Part shown: piece by piece, positions 38,468-47,887 of the stretch
Position numbering within the stretch: the first letter of the stretch is position 1
Layout of the letters: every line of letters begins with the position of its first letter
Origin: a bacterium
Lineage (GTDB): Bacteria; UBA10199; 2-02-FULL-50-16; JAJFLM01
DNA length: 64,000 nucleotides
Direction of reading: 5' to 3'
Assembly (NCBI GenBank): GCA_965216315.1
Contig: CBDCFN010000015.1
Location: 224,001-288,000, forward strand
Notes under the pieces: model-generated
Told to the model about the DNA's origin: nothing
Databases searched by the model: none
The model's input: the letters and a program-made list of their open reading frames with translations, nothing else
Made by a program: the position numbers and the translations under genes

Positions 38468-39247
38468 CTACTGCCCTTTAAAATCAGGGGCGCGCTTGGC
38501 TAAAAAAGCCGCCATGCCCTCGCGAAAATCCGCACTGTCCGATGATTCACTGATCGCGTCACGTTCGCGATCGAGTTGCGCCCCCAGATCGGAATCATCG
38601 CCATAAAGCAATCCCTTGAACCGGCCCTGCGCAAGCGGCGCCATCTTGCGCAGCCGTTCACACCATCCCTGGGCCTCAGCCTCCAACGCCTGAGACGTTG
38701 TCACTCCATCGATAAGACCCCACTCAAATGCGATATGCGCGTCGATCTTTTGGGCCGTTAAGATCATGCGTTCCGCGCGACCCCGACCAATTAATCGCGG
38801 CAAAAAATAAGTCAGCCCGCCATTCGGCGCCAAACCCAAAGTGGTCGTCCCGGCGTGAAAAGTCGCATTATCACTGGCGATACGCAAATCGCACGCCGTA
38901 ACCAGTCCAAAGGCGACCCCGCTGACCGGACCCGGCAAGACCGCGAGCACCGGTTGAGGCATCTCCCTGATCTTGAGGACCACATGATGGACAAGATCTG
39001 AAATTTCGCGAAAAAAGGCGGGATGATCCGTCAGTTCGGCCATTGCCTTGATATCACCGCCGGCTGAAAAAACGGAACCTTCACCGGTCAAGATCACCAT
39101 GCGAACTGAAGTATCGGCGCTGGCCTGATCAAATTCAGCTACAAGCTGCCGTCCCATCTCGAGGTCCATCGCATTGCAGCGTTTGGGGCGATTGAGCGAC
39201 AGTCTCAGCACGTCACCCGCTCGGCTGACGAGAATCGAATCACTCAC
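38468..39247 (-). CDS. Enoyl-CoA hydratase/isomerase family
   Basis: LNRP...NA, FSAGGD, ACDLRIA, DFREG..AF..KR.P. Confidence 0.9.
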   Translation of the reverse strand: MSDSILVSRAGDVLRLSLNRPKRCNAMDLEMGRQLVAEFDQASADTSVRMVILTGEGSVFSAGGDIKAMAELTDHPAFFREISDLVHHVVLKIREMPQPVLAVLPGPVSGVAFGLVTACDLRIASDNATFHAGTTTLGLAPNGGLTYFLPRLIGRGRAERMILTAQKIDAHIAFEWGLIDGVTTSQALEAEAQGWCERLRKMAPLAQGRFKGLLYGDDSDLGAQLDRERDAISESSDSADFREGMAAFLAKRAPDFKGQ

Positions 39248-39780
39248 GCCGGTGTCCTTGCGCCTTTACGAGCCCCACTGACTTGAACAATGTGTTTCTT
39301 ATGGCCCTCTTCAACCGCAATGGGCGGTTCCTTAGCCAGAATCAGCTCACGCGTAAAAAAATTGACCGGCAAAGAATCCTTGTCGTGCCAATGGAACCAA
39401 ACTAAGATGACGTTGACTCCTGATACGACAATCATAATCACATTCGCCAATATCGTTGGAACCCAAGTAAACCCAAGCAAATACAAAATCGCAGTGAGAC
39501 AAAGCACATAACTCATCGGGACCAGGGCTTTGAGAAAATGGATAACAATGCCCAACTCGGGTTGATCCGGATCCCCACTCTTAACCCCCGGATACCACGG
39601 AAATAAAAAGCAAAAACGGATCCAGCCATAATGGACGAGAATAAAGGCAAATAGAATGTCAGGTAGGCCCTGCATCCCCAGTTGTGACCATCGATAGATG
39701 ATAAGCGCTGAGAGGATAACACCTGCCAGTTCGACAAGACGCACAAAACGGCTGTAGCGACCAAAGAGGATCTTTAACAT
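39244..39780 (-). CDS. Hypothetical membrane protein (~4 TM)
   Basis: Hydrophobic segments; stop overlaps next start. Confidence 0.6.
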   Translation of the reverse strand: MLKILFGRYSRFVRLVELAGVILSALIIYRWSQLGMQGLPDILFAFILVHYGWIRFCFLFPWYPGVKSGDPDQPELGIVIHFLKALVPMSYVLCLTAILYLLGFTWVPTILANVIMIVVSGVNVILVWFHWHDKDSLPVNFFTRELILAKEPPIAVEEGHKKHIVQVSGARKGARTPA

Positions 39781-40096
39781 GCTACTAGGCTGGCACCTAG
39801 ACATCGTATTTCGTGTCGGACTAGGCACAAGTGTTTGTAATCAATGATGTTCATTGAACAAACACTAGACCGCCCCGCGAATGCCGTCAAGAGGGCAAAT
39901 AGGCCAATATTAGCGCGGTTTTTCGTGTTCCCGCCCATTCAATTCCGTTTTTTTTATTTCGCATCGTGACAGCATTCCGACCTCGAAAAAAATACAATTT
40001 GTAAGTCCTAAAAAACTCTAAAAAAATTTGCTGTGGATACTTTTTTTAAATTATCGCTTGCCTAGAATAAGGGCAGGGTGTACTTCGCGTGACCTT

Positions 40097-40381
40097 ATGA
40101 AGGAAGTCGTTGCAATTGATCAACAGTCCCTCGAAGATGTCGTCCGCAACAAACTTTCCAACTTCTTGGATAAAGCCGAAGATTGTGATATCGAAGATCT
40201 CTACCCGGTTGTGCTCGCACAGGTTGAAAAGCCCCTCATTGAGCTCACATTGAAGCGTAGTGCAGGAAATCAACTGCAGGCAGCTCGGATGCTGGGAATT
40301 AACCGCAACACCCTCCGCAAGAAGATTCAGGAACTTAAAATAGACCATCCCAGACGACTCCGTAGACTTCGGAGCCAATGA
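40097..40381 (+). CDS. fis: Fis-family DNA-binding protein
   Basis: LY..VL..VEKPLI, GNQ..AA.MLGINRNTLRKK. Confidence 0.88.
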   Translation: MKEVVAIDQQSLEDVVRNKLSNFLDKAEDCDIEDLYPVVLAQVEKPLIELTLKRSAGNQLQAARMLGINRNTLRKKIQELKIDHPRRLRRLRSQ

Positions 40382-41112
40382 GTCCTTTCTACAGTCAGTT
40401 ATTCGCCTATTCCGGTGTCATTGCCATCGCCGTCGGCATCGGAGGCGTCCTCCCCCTCACGATCCCGTTCATGCGTCGGCATCTGCCGGCCCTGCTGAGT
40501 TTCTCGGCAGGAGTGATGCTGGGGGCTGCTGCGCTCCATTTACTTCCTGAAGCCTTTGAATTCATCCCCAAGAGCGCAGGGCTCTGGATACTATTAGGAT
40601 TTCTGTTTCTCTTTCTCTTTGAAAAATTCGTCACCGTGCACATCTGCGAAGCCATGGACTGCGCCGTCCATCACATTGGCATCAGCGCCTTTGTCGGACT
40701 CTCTTTGCATGCTCTGACCGAAGGCATCGCCTTAGGTACCGGCCTCCTCACGGCCGATATGGGCTGGATCGTCTTTTTATCCATTTGCCTCCATAAGCTT
40801 CCGGCCGCTTTAGCCCTGACCGCGGTCCTTATTCACGAGAACTATCGGCAGCGGACGATAGCGCTGTTGCAAACTCTGTTCTTTATTATGGTTCCTGTTG
40901 GCGCCATGGCGATTCAACTCGTTTCTCAGGGCGCAGGCAAATATTTTCTCGGCGCCGCCATAGGTTTTTCAGCGGGAACGTTTCTTCATATTTCTCTCTC
41001 TGACCTGCTCCCGGAGGTCCACCGTAGCGGTTACCATAAGGTGCTCGCGCTCGTGACCTTCTTGATTGGACTCCTCATTATGGTATTTGTTCGCTATGGC
41101 TCAGGACATTAA
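40378..41112 (+). CDS. ZIP-family metal transporter
   Basis: FSAGVMLG, HLLPEA, HALTEG, HKLP, SDLLPE. Confidence 0.9.
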   Translation: MSPFYSQLFAYSGVIAIAVGIGGVLPLTIPFMRRHLPALLSFSAGVMLGAAALHLLPEAFEFIPKSAGLWILLGFLFLFLFEKFVTVHICEAMDCAVHHIGISAFVGLSLHALTEGIALGTGLLTADMGWIVFLSICLHKLPAALALTAVLIHENYRQRTIALLQTLFFIMVPVGAMAIQLVSQGAGKYFLGAAIGFSAGTFLHISLSDLLPEVHRSGYHKVLALVTFLIGLLIMVFVRYGSGH

Positions 41113-41731
41113 AGGTCTGTATGCACTTTGCGACAATACGCTCTGTCCCCAGCGCCCGCTCTCCTGGCTTGCAGAACAACTGTTGCTGGGTGGGGCTCCG
41201 ACGGTGCAGCTCAGGGTCAAAGGACAAGACCCCCTAACGACCCGCCGACGCCAGGAAGCCGCACAAACGATTCAGAAACTCAAACAACGGTTTCGTTTCA
41301 ACTTTATCATCAACGACGACCCCGTCCTCGCTCAAACGCTCGGCGCCGATGGGGTCCATGTCGGCTCCGATGACCTTCCGATCGCGCATTGTCGGCGCCT
41401 CTTAGGGCCGGCAAAACTCATCGGTTATTCGGCCCATAGTCTGACCGAGGCCTACGCGGCGGAACAGGCAGGCGCCGATTACGTCGCGCTCGGGGCTATC
41501 TATCCGACACGCAACAAAGGGCCGGATCACCCGATTCAAGGACTGGATAAGCTTAAAGAACTCGTGCGCACGGTCTCCATTCCCGTTGTCGCGATCGGCG
41601 GTATTAATCTGAGTAATATTCGCGAGGTCGCGGACACCGGTGTGAATGCCGTTGCGATGATCTCCGCACTGACCTGCGCCCCGAACGTCATCAGCGCGAC
41701 ACGCGAAATGATCCGACACTTGCAAGCTTAG
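41096..41731 (+). CDS. thiE: Thiamine-phosphate synthase
   Basis: QLRVK, IINDD, ADGVHVG, SAH, PT..K, AIGGI. Confidence 0.92.
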   Translation: MAQDIKGLYALCDNTLCPQRPLSWLAEQLLLGGAPTVQLRVKGQDPLTTRRRQEAAQTIQKLKQRFRFNFIINDDPVLAQTLGADGVHVGSDDLPIAHCRRLLGPAKLIGYSAHSLTEAYAAEQAGADYVALGAIYPTRNKGPDHPIQGLDKLKELVRTVSIPVVAIGGINLSNIREVADTGVNAVAMISALTCAPNVISATREMIRHLQA

Positions 41732-41745
41732 TCGATTCGATCTAT

Positions 41746-42513
41746 GTGTCCGGACAACTGAGGTTTTTTTTGGCAAATATACTCGTTATAGCCGGTTCGG
41801 ATCCCTCCGCCCAAGCGGGTCTCCAGGTGGATCTCCAAGTCATCCGCTCAAGAGGCCATCGTGGCTGCTCGGTGATCACTGCAGTAACGGCACAAAATGA
41901 TGAGCGTGTGTATTCGGTCAATCCGGTGGACACGCGCGTGCTCAAAGATCAACTCCGAGCCGTACTTTCCGCTTACACCTTTGATGCGGTCAAAGTCGGG
42001 CTGCTCGTCAGCAATGAGATTTCCTATCAGGTCTATCGCATCCTCGAACAACACAAGGTCAAAAATATCGTCGTCGACCCGATCATGCGCGCCAGTTCCG
42101 GCGCGGTCTTGTTAGAGAACGCCGCACTTCCGATCTTGACCGGCTATTTGCTGCCCCTTGCACGCATGGTTACACCCAATCTGGATGAAGCGGAGACGCT
42201 TTCCGGCATGACCGTGCGGGACCTCGACCAAATGGGTGACGCCGCTCGCAAGATCATGAATGAATCACCGGGGCTCAATGCCGTTTTGATTAAAGGGGGC
42301 CATCTTACTACGGAAAAGACCGACATCCTGTGGGACGGTATGGAGCTTTACCGCTTTCCGACGGAACAAACCTTCGCCGGATCTCCCCGCGGAACGGGCT
42401 GCATCTTATCTACGGCAATCGCCTGCGCCCTGGCTAACGGGGCCGACATCCGTGAGGCCGTTCGCGCGGCCAAGAACTACTTACAAGAGTTTATTCCCAG
42501 CCGCTTGGCATAG
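41746..42513 (+). CDS. thiD: Hydroxymethylpyrimidine/phosphomethylpyrimidine kinase
   Basis: IAGSDPS..AG.Q.D, TAQN, VVDP, TPNLDE, KGGH, GTGC. Confidence 0.92.
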   Translation: MSGQLRFFLANILVIAGSDPSAQAGLQVDLQVIRSRGHRGCSVITAVTAQNDERVYSVNPVDTRVLKDQLRAVLSAYTFDAVKVGLLVSNEISYQVYRILEQHKVKNIVVDPIMRASSGAVLLENAALPILTGYLLPLARMVTPNLDEAETLSGMTVRDLDQMGDAARKIMNESPGLNAVLIKGGHLTTEKTDILWDGMELYRFPTEQTFAGSPRGTGCILSTAIACALANGADIREAVRAAKNYLQEFIPSRLA

Positions 42514-43346
42514 GCACGCATCAGTCGAGCCGTCGCGGGACCGGGAACCGGTCGCGGCAATTGTTTGTTTTCGAGCCACGCGACGGGCATGATTCCTTTG
42601 AGCGTACTCGTAATGAAGATCTCATCCGCGCTCTCGATACGCTTGAGGCTCAGTGACGCCTCCCGCACAGGAATCCGCTGACGCCGCGCCAAACTGAGGA
42701 CACATTTGCGCACAACACCCGGAATCAAGCCCTCACTGAGCCCGGGCGTCCACAGCGTCTTCCCCTTGATCATGAAAAAATTACTGCTCGTGCATTCCGA
42801 AACCGCCCCCTGCGCATTGAGCAAGATACCTTCGTCGGCACGCCGCGCCTGGACTTGGCGCCGGCCTAACATCTTGGTGAGGTAATTCGTCGTTTTAATG
42901 CGCGCGACGTCATCGGCATCGTTGATAAGATCTCGCACCACGATGAGTCGGGCCCCACGTCGATAGAGAATATCCGGATACGGGTCGGGAGGTTTGGTAA
43001 TGATGACGATGTGGGTGTCTGCGGGTTGACGCTGGCGGCTGCCCAGGGCGGCTTCTTCCGCACTGACATTCACCCGAATGTAAGCGTCTTGGAGACGATT
43101 GGCCTTTAGTGTCCGCTGAATCGCTGCCGTTAATTCTTCCCGATCCAATGGCATGGGTATTCGTAAAAATTTGGTCCCGCGAAAGAGACGATTAAGATGA
43201 TCGCGCAAGAGCGGGATGCGCCCACCAACGGCCAGTATGGTCTCAAAAAGACCTTCTCCATAAAGATAGGCGCTATCGAAAACAGAGATGCTTGCCCTCT
43301 CCGCGGGGACTAACTTGCCATTGATGTAGACTTTATATGACTTCAC
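42477..43346 (-). CDS. Aminotransferase class IV (4-amino-4-deoxychorismate lyase-like)
   Basis: YGEGLFET, H..RL, KTTNY, E...SN, PGV.R; follows pabB. Confidence 0.88.
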   Translation of the reverse strand: MKSYKVYINGKLVPAERASISVFDSAYLYGEGLFETILAVGGRIPLLRDHLNRLFRGTKFLRIPMPLDREELTAAIQRTLKANRLQDAYIRVNVSAEEAALGSRQRQPADTHIVIITKPPDPYPDILYRRGARLIVVRDLINDADDVARIKTTNYLTKMLGRRQVQARRADEGILLNAQGAVSECTSSNFFMIKGKTLWTPGLSEGLIPGVVRKCVLSLARRQRIPVREASLSLKRIESADEIFITSTLKGIMPVAWLENKQLPRPVPGPATARLMRAYAKRLGINSCK

Positions 43347-44694
43347 TTAACGCCTCGCGTATGCCCTTCGTCTTCACCCACGCCTCTTCATATTCCGCAT
43401 CGGCATCCGAGTCCGCTACGATACCGCCCCCCGCGTACACCTGCAACTTTCCTTGCTGATAGCGCAGGGTTCGTATCGGGATATTGAAGCGACTCGATCC
43501 ATCAACCGCAACGTAGCCGATGGCGCCGGTATAAACCCCGCGCTCATGACTCTCAAGTTCGCGGATAATCTGCATAGCCCTAATTTTGGGAGCTCCCGTG
43601 ATGGAACCGCCGGGAAAGCACGCCTCCACGACCTGCCACGGGCCGACATCGGGACGCAAGTCCCCTTCAATCACGCTATAAAGATGATAAACCTGGGCCA
43701 GTTGTCGCAGCTCTCTGAGTTTTACCGTCTGGACTGAACCCGCCTGACACACCTTGCCGAGATCGTTACGCTCCAGGTCCGTGATCATCAGTAGCTCGGC
43801 ATGATCTTTGGGGCTGGCCAATAATTCGCGACGTTGTTGCGCATCCATCTCGGGATCCTGCGCGCGGGGTCGCGTGCCCTTGATGGGACGTGTCGTGACC
43901 CGGCTCCCGTCTATCTCCAGAAAGGCCTCCGGAGAGGCCGACAGCACCTGGAAAGACTCCCAATTCAGATAGGCCGCATACGGTGCCGGGCTCAGTTGAC
44001 GGAGACGTTGATAAAGTTCCGGCGCGGATAACTCCGTCTGACCTGCAAAGCACTGCGTGTAATTGATTTGATAACAATCTCCAGCACGAATGTAGTCTTG
44101 GATAATCGCAATATGCTCGTCGTAACAGGTACGGGAAATCGTCGCTTGTAAATCACCCGTAGGGGCACTGCTTCTACCCTCCGTAGCAGAGCGACTGCAG
44201 AGGACGGGTGCCGCGCCCTTGACTGAAGGCGTAACCAGTCGCTGTTTGAGTTCATCGATCTTCCGTCGCGCCAGGGCTTCATCCGAAGCTCCGGCGGGAT
44301 CCGTAAGGCCGAGACTCGCCACCCAGGCCTGCTGCGCCGCATGATCAAAACACAGAAAAGTATCATAAAAGCCAAAGGCCAAGGACGGCTCGCTCGTTTC
44401 GCGGACTGGGACCTGGGGAATAAATTCGGCATAGGCTTCATAGGCAAGATATCCCATCCAGCCCCCGACGAAGGGGAGACAGCCGTCCACTGCGCGCGTG
44501 GGAACCCGGCGCAACTCGCTCCAACTCGTCTGGATTTCGAGGGGATCCGTCGCCAGCACCGAAATTCGCCCCTCCTCCGGCAATAAATCGGACGAGTCGA
44601 GAAAGATGCAGTAAGGGCGCTCACAAAGCCGCTGAAAGGCCTCCACGCTGGTCAAACGCGTCGGCAGGGTCTCCGTAACAAGTTTAAGACGCAG
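43333..44694 (-). CDS. pabB: Aminodeoxychorismate synthase component I
   Basis: GDCYQIN, SPE.F, PIKGT, ELLMITDLERND, FPGGSITGAPK; start uncertain. Confidence 0.88.
   Translation of the reverse strand: MRLKLVTETLPTRLTSVEAFQRLCERPYCIFLDSSDLLPEEGRISVLATDPLEIQTSWSELRRVPTRAVDGCLPFVGGWMGYLAYEAYAEFIPQVPVRETSEPSLAFGFYDTFLCFDHAAQQAWVASLGLTDPAGASDEALARRKIDELKQRLVTPSVKGAAPVLCSRSATEGRSSAPTGDLQATISRTCYDEHIAIIQDYIRAGDCYQINYTQCFAGQTELSAPELYQRLRQLSPAPYAAYLNWESFQVLSASPEAFLEIDGSRVTTRPIKGTRPRAQDPEMDAQQRRELLASPKDHAELLMITDLERNDLGKVCQAGSVQTVKLRELRQLAQVYHLYSVIEGDLRPDVGPWQVVEACFPGGSITGAPKIRAMQIIRELESHERGVYTGAIGYVAVDGSSRFNIPIRTLRYQQGKLQVYAGGGIVADSDADAEYEEAWVKTKGIREALSEVI
44159..44223. repeat. In-frame GTAG-type REP-like element with nested hairpin in pabB
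   Basis: gtaggggcac...gtgccgcgcccttgac; encodes VKGAAPVLCSRSATEGRSSAPT in a linker. Confidence 0.55.
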
Positions 44695-44704
44695 GGGGTG
44701 ACTC

Positions 44705-45745
44705 CTAGGCGGTATTTTGTAGTTCTGCTTGCTCGGTTTCCATCGAGATGTAGATCTTTTCCGTATCGACATGGGGACTGAGGTACTCCCGCATGCGCGT
44801 ATAGATCGCATCGCGAAGCCGATCCGGATAATGCATAAAACGACGTTGTGTCGAGACGAGGTTGTTATAGATTTTGCGGTTCTTGGGAAAGCGCTCGCGC
44901 ATCAGGGCGACCTGACGGACCGGAAAACGTAAGGCCCCAATACTGACCCAACGGACTTGATCCACCTCAATACTCGTGAACACCTGATCAATGAGTTTCT
45001 TATAGTTCTTTTCCCAACCAGTATGGTGAACAACGGGGTCAAAATGAATACCGACGGAATAGCCTGCTTTTTGGACGGCCTGCATCGCGGCAATACGTTC
45101 TGAAATGGTAGCCGTCTTATCTTCCTCTTCCATTTGGACCCGTTCCGGCGCCATCGACCAGGACACAACCGTCTGCCCTTCATGTTTGAGTTTTAACAAT
45201 GACTCTACTTGGGCGCACTTGGTCTTGAGCTCCAAGTTGACCCGGTCCTGTGCGCCAAAGAAAGGAATGAGCCGTTGGTGTAGTCCTGTGAGCCCCTCGA
45301 GCGCCAAGCTATCCGTCACGTGTCCGGTAACAACAACAGCTCCACGCGGGATCCGTTCCAGCTGATCAGTGAGGCGCTCCATAATCTCGTCGATGTTGGT
45401 GTAGAGGATTACAAAAGGAGTCTCGTGTAGATAACTCTGCAAGACGCAGTAGCTGCACCCCAAATGGCAATTGGAAACGAGGTTTAAGGAATACGTCGGC
45501 CGGCCGGTACCACGACTCATCGCCTTAAATTCGTGGAGCGGCTCACGCTCATAACGGGTGAGGAGAAGATTCTGGTCCGGCCGCAGCGTGCGGGCTTCCG
45601 CCTTGAGTGCCTCCGGGTCCGCAATGACCTCCGTCGTCACGTCACCCAAGCGGGCCAGGATTTCCTCCGTATAAGGGAGCTTCTGGACCGCCTTATCAAT
45701 ATAAACTTTCTGGGGACGATAAGAAGCCTCTGATGCATCGGACAT
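44705..45745 (-). CDS. Spore photoproduct lyase (SplB)-like radical SAM protein
   Basis: NCHLGCSYC, TDSL, ELKTK, SWS, RI.A, HFDP, terminal Y.SME. Confidence 0.82.
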   Translation of the reverse strand: MSDASEASYRPQKVYIDKAVQKLPYTEEILARLGDVTTEVIADPEALKAEARTLRPDQNLLLTRYEREPLHEFKAMSRGTGRPTYSLNLVSNCHLGCSYCVLQSYLHETPFVILYTNIDEIMERLTDQLERIPRGAVVVTGHVTDSLALEGLTGLHQRLIPFFGAQDRVNLELKTKCAQVESLLKLKHEGQTVVSWSMAPERVQMEEEDKTATISERIAAMQAVQKAGYSVGIHFDPVVHHTGWEKNYKKLIDQVFTSIEVDQVRWVSIGALRFPVRQVALMRERFPKNRKIYNNLVSTQRRFMHYPDRLRDAIYTRMREYLSPHVDTEKIYISMETEQAELQNTA

Positions 45746-45802
45746 AAAAATCTCCGTAAATTCTTCATTTCCCCATCGACGATTCTCTTCGCAGCGAAGC
45801 CG

Positions 45803-45876
45803 CTAGCGAGCAATGCGAGCGAGAGGGGGAGGCTCCACGAGCTTTGCTTGTGGAGGGGGCGACGCAAGCCCCTATA
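45803..45876 (-). repeat. Family B element, copy 2
   Basis: Reverse-complement homolog of 23579-23653. Confidence 0.88.
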
Positions 45877-45962
45877 ACTTGACACACCGCATAATCAAAA
45901 GCTCTTTTGAAATCAAGAGAAAGGGGGAGTAGAATTATGAATAATACGCGAAGGAGGTCCTA

Positions 45963-46460
45963 ATGAAGACAGAGCCCCATGAGAGGGTCATTTCGGGTGT
46001 TTTTAACACCCGCGAGGAGGCCCACCACGCCCTAGACGCCCTGGAACCGAGTGGCGTGGAATCCGAAAATATCAGCCTGATCTCCAGTCTCAGTGATTTT
46101 GATGCGGAAGAATTCAGTGATATTGCAGGCATCCATATGCACGATGAAACCGTCCATGCGGTCAAAATCGCTCGTTTGGTCGGCGGTGTCGTCGCGGGAC
46201 TGACGGCGTTAGTCGGCATGATACTCGGTCATGTCAGTCTGCTCCCGGCGGTCCTCATCGTAATAGCCGTCAGTGGTTTTGGCGCTCTCTTAGGAACCGT
46301 CATCGCCGCCGGCTTCACCGAAACCGAATGGGACACCCTGAACGAAGCAATGCGCGAGGGTAAGGTGCTGCTTTCAGTTCATACCCACAGTTTCGCCACT
46401 TCTCGACAGGTGAAACAAATCCTGACCGATTGCAACGCGCATGCCGTCCACTCATTTTGA
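45963..46460 (+). CDS. General-stress-like membrane protein
   Basis: GVF....A..A...L...G....ISL, Gly-rich TM pair, G.VLLSV; AAGGAGG SD. Confidence 0.65.
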   Translation: MKTEPHERVISGVFNTREEAHHALDALEPSGVESENISLISSLSDFDAEEFSDIAGIHMHDETVHAVKIARLVGGVVAGLTALVGMILGHVSLLPAVLIVIAVSGFGALLGTVIAAGFTETEWDTLNEAMREGKVLLSVHTHSFATSRQVKQILTDCNAHAVHSF

Positions 46461-46504
46461 GGCGTTGCAATCACGAATGATACCCACTAAGGTGCGAGGC
46501 ACTC

Positions 46505-47116
46505 ATGCTCCTCGCACCCACCATGAGCAGGTCTCTGTTCCTCATCATTCTATGCAGTGGAATCATTACCCTGACCGCTTGCGGGACATCACGTCAATCA
46601 TCTTTTTACCGGCCTTACGCCGGTAAAGGACAGCGCACATACAAAGTCATCGGCAAAGCCTCTTGGTACGGCCGTCCTTTTCATGGCCGCCGCACGGCTA
46701 GTGGAGAACGTTACAACATGAACGCCATGACGGCCGCCCATAAAAAACTCCCTTTTGGGGCCTTGCTCAAGGTCACTAACCTCACCAACGACAAATCCGT
46801 CATTGTCAAGGTCAACGATCGCGGTCCCTTTATCCGTGGTCGCATCCTCGACCTCTCGCGTGAGGCTGCAAAAAGGCTGGCCTTCTTACGTGCCGGCACC
46901 GCCAAGGTGCGTATTGAATGGATCGACGACCCGCCCGATCATCCCAACATTACGGAAGAGCGAAAGCTCGAACTGGCCCAACAAAAAAACCAAGCGCCAC
47001 CCCAACCCGTCGTGGCCCAGAACGACGTGACCCATTCACAAGAACCTGACGATATCGCGGGGGTTATTGACAGTCATGTCGGGACACCTTCCCCACCTCT
47101 ACAAGAAACCGAATAA
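46505..47116 (+). CDS. rlpA: Septal ring lytic transglycosylase RlpA-family lipoprotein
   Basis: Lipobox [32 protein letters not shown]. Confidence 0.92.
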   Translation: MLLAPTMSRSLFLIILCSGIITLTACGTSRQSSFYRPYAGKGQRTYKVIGKASWYGRPFHGRRTASGERYNMNAMTAAHKKLPFGALLKVTNLTNDKSVIVKVNDRGPFIRGRILDLSREAAKRLAFLRAGTAKVRIEWIDDPPDHPNITEERKLELAQQKNQAPPQPVVAQNDVTHSQEPDDIAGVIDSHVGTPSPPLQETE

Positions 47117-47881
47117 TTTCCGTTTTTTCAAACCCTCGGCTTTAATACGCTCGGCCTCGGCCAAGACCTTCTTGTGGAGGGCCTTGACGCACTTCATGTC
47201 CTTGTACTGCTCGGGTTTGTAATTATGGGTCACCGGCTTGCCGATGTAGTGTGTCAGCTTAACGGGGAGCGGTAACAAACCCAAGCCGAAGAAGATTGGC
47301 AGCGGAACGAAGTTGTCTTTCCATTTGTGATAGGCATCTATCAGCATGACATACGCGTCATCGATACCGATACAAATGCAGGGAACAATTGGCACTCCCG
47401 TCGCGATCGCAACTTTGATAAAGCCGTACCGATCATCCCACATCAGCTCATATTTATGCCGGGACGAGCGCACGGCTTCTTTGGCACCCCCGGGACAGAC
47501 AATCATTGCATGCCCACCGCGCAGGATGCGCATCGCATTCTTGGGAGATCCATCGACGATCCCCATGTTCAGAAAGACTTCACGCAAGACGGGTAGCTTC
47601 CAACTCAAGTGTTCGGCGACTGCACGCGCCATACGACCGCGACGCAAAAAGAGCTGCTTGGCCAGGAGGGGGATATCGATAAAAAAGAAACCGTGATTGA
47701 GCGCTAGCAGGACCCCACCCTTGCGGGGTACGTTTTGCATGCCGACGACTTCGTAACGAAAGTAAAGTTCCCAAAAAGTCAGGGCCCGCATGATGAAACG
47801 AACAAGACCGGCATCGAACCATTGGAGCTTATACTCGTCCCCAGCCTGATAAGGCGTATGAAATAGGTCCTTCTTCGGCAT
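47099..47881 (-). CDS. Lysophospholipid/DAG acyltransferase family
   Basis: NH....D, PGG..E, GF.K.A...G.PIVP. Confidence 0.88.
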   Translation of the reverse strand: MPKKDLFHTPYQAGDEYKLQWFDAGLVRFIMRALTFWELYFRYEVVGMQNVPRKGGVLLALNHGFFFIDIPLLAKQLFLRRGRMARAVAEHLSWKLPVLREVFLNMGIVDGSPKNAMRILRGGHAMIVCPGGAKEAVRSSRHKYELMWDDRYGFIKVAIATGVPIVPCICIGIDDAYVMLIDAYHKWKDNFVPLPIFFGLGLLPLPVKLTHYIGKPVTHNYKPEQYKDMKCVKALHKKVLAEAERIKAEGLKKRKLFGFL

Positions 47882-47887
47882 ATCGGC

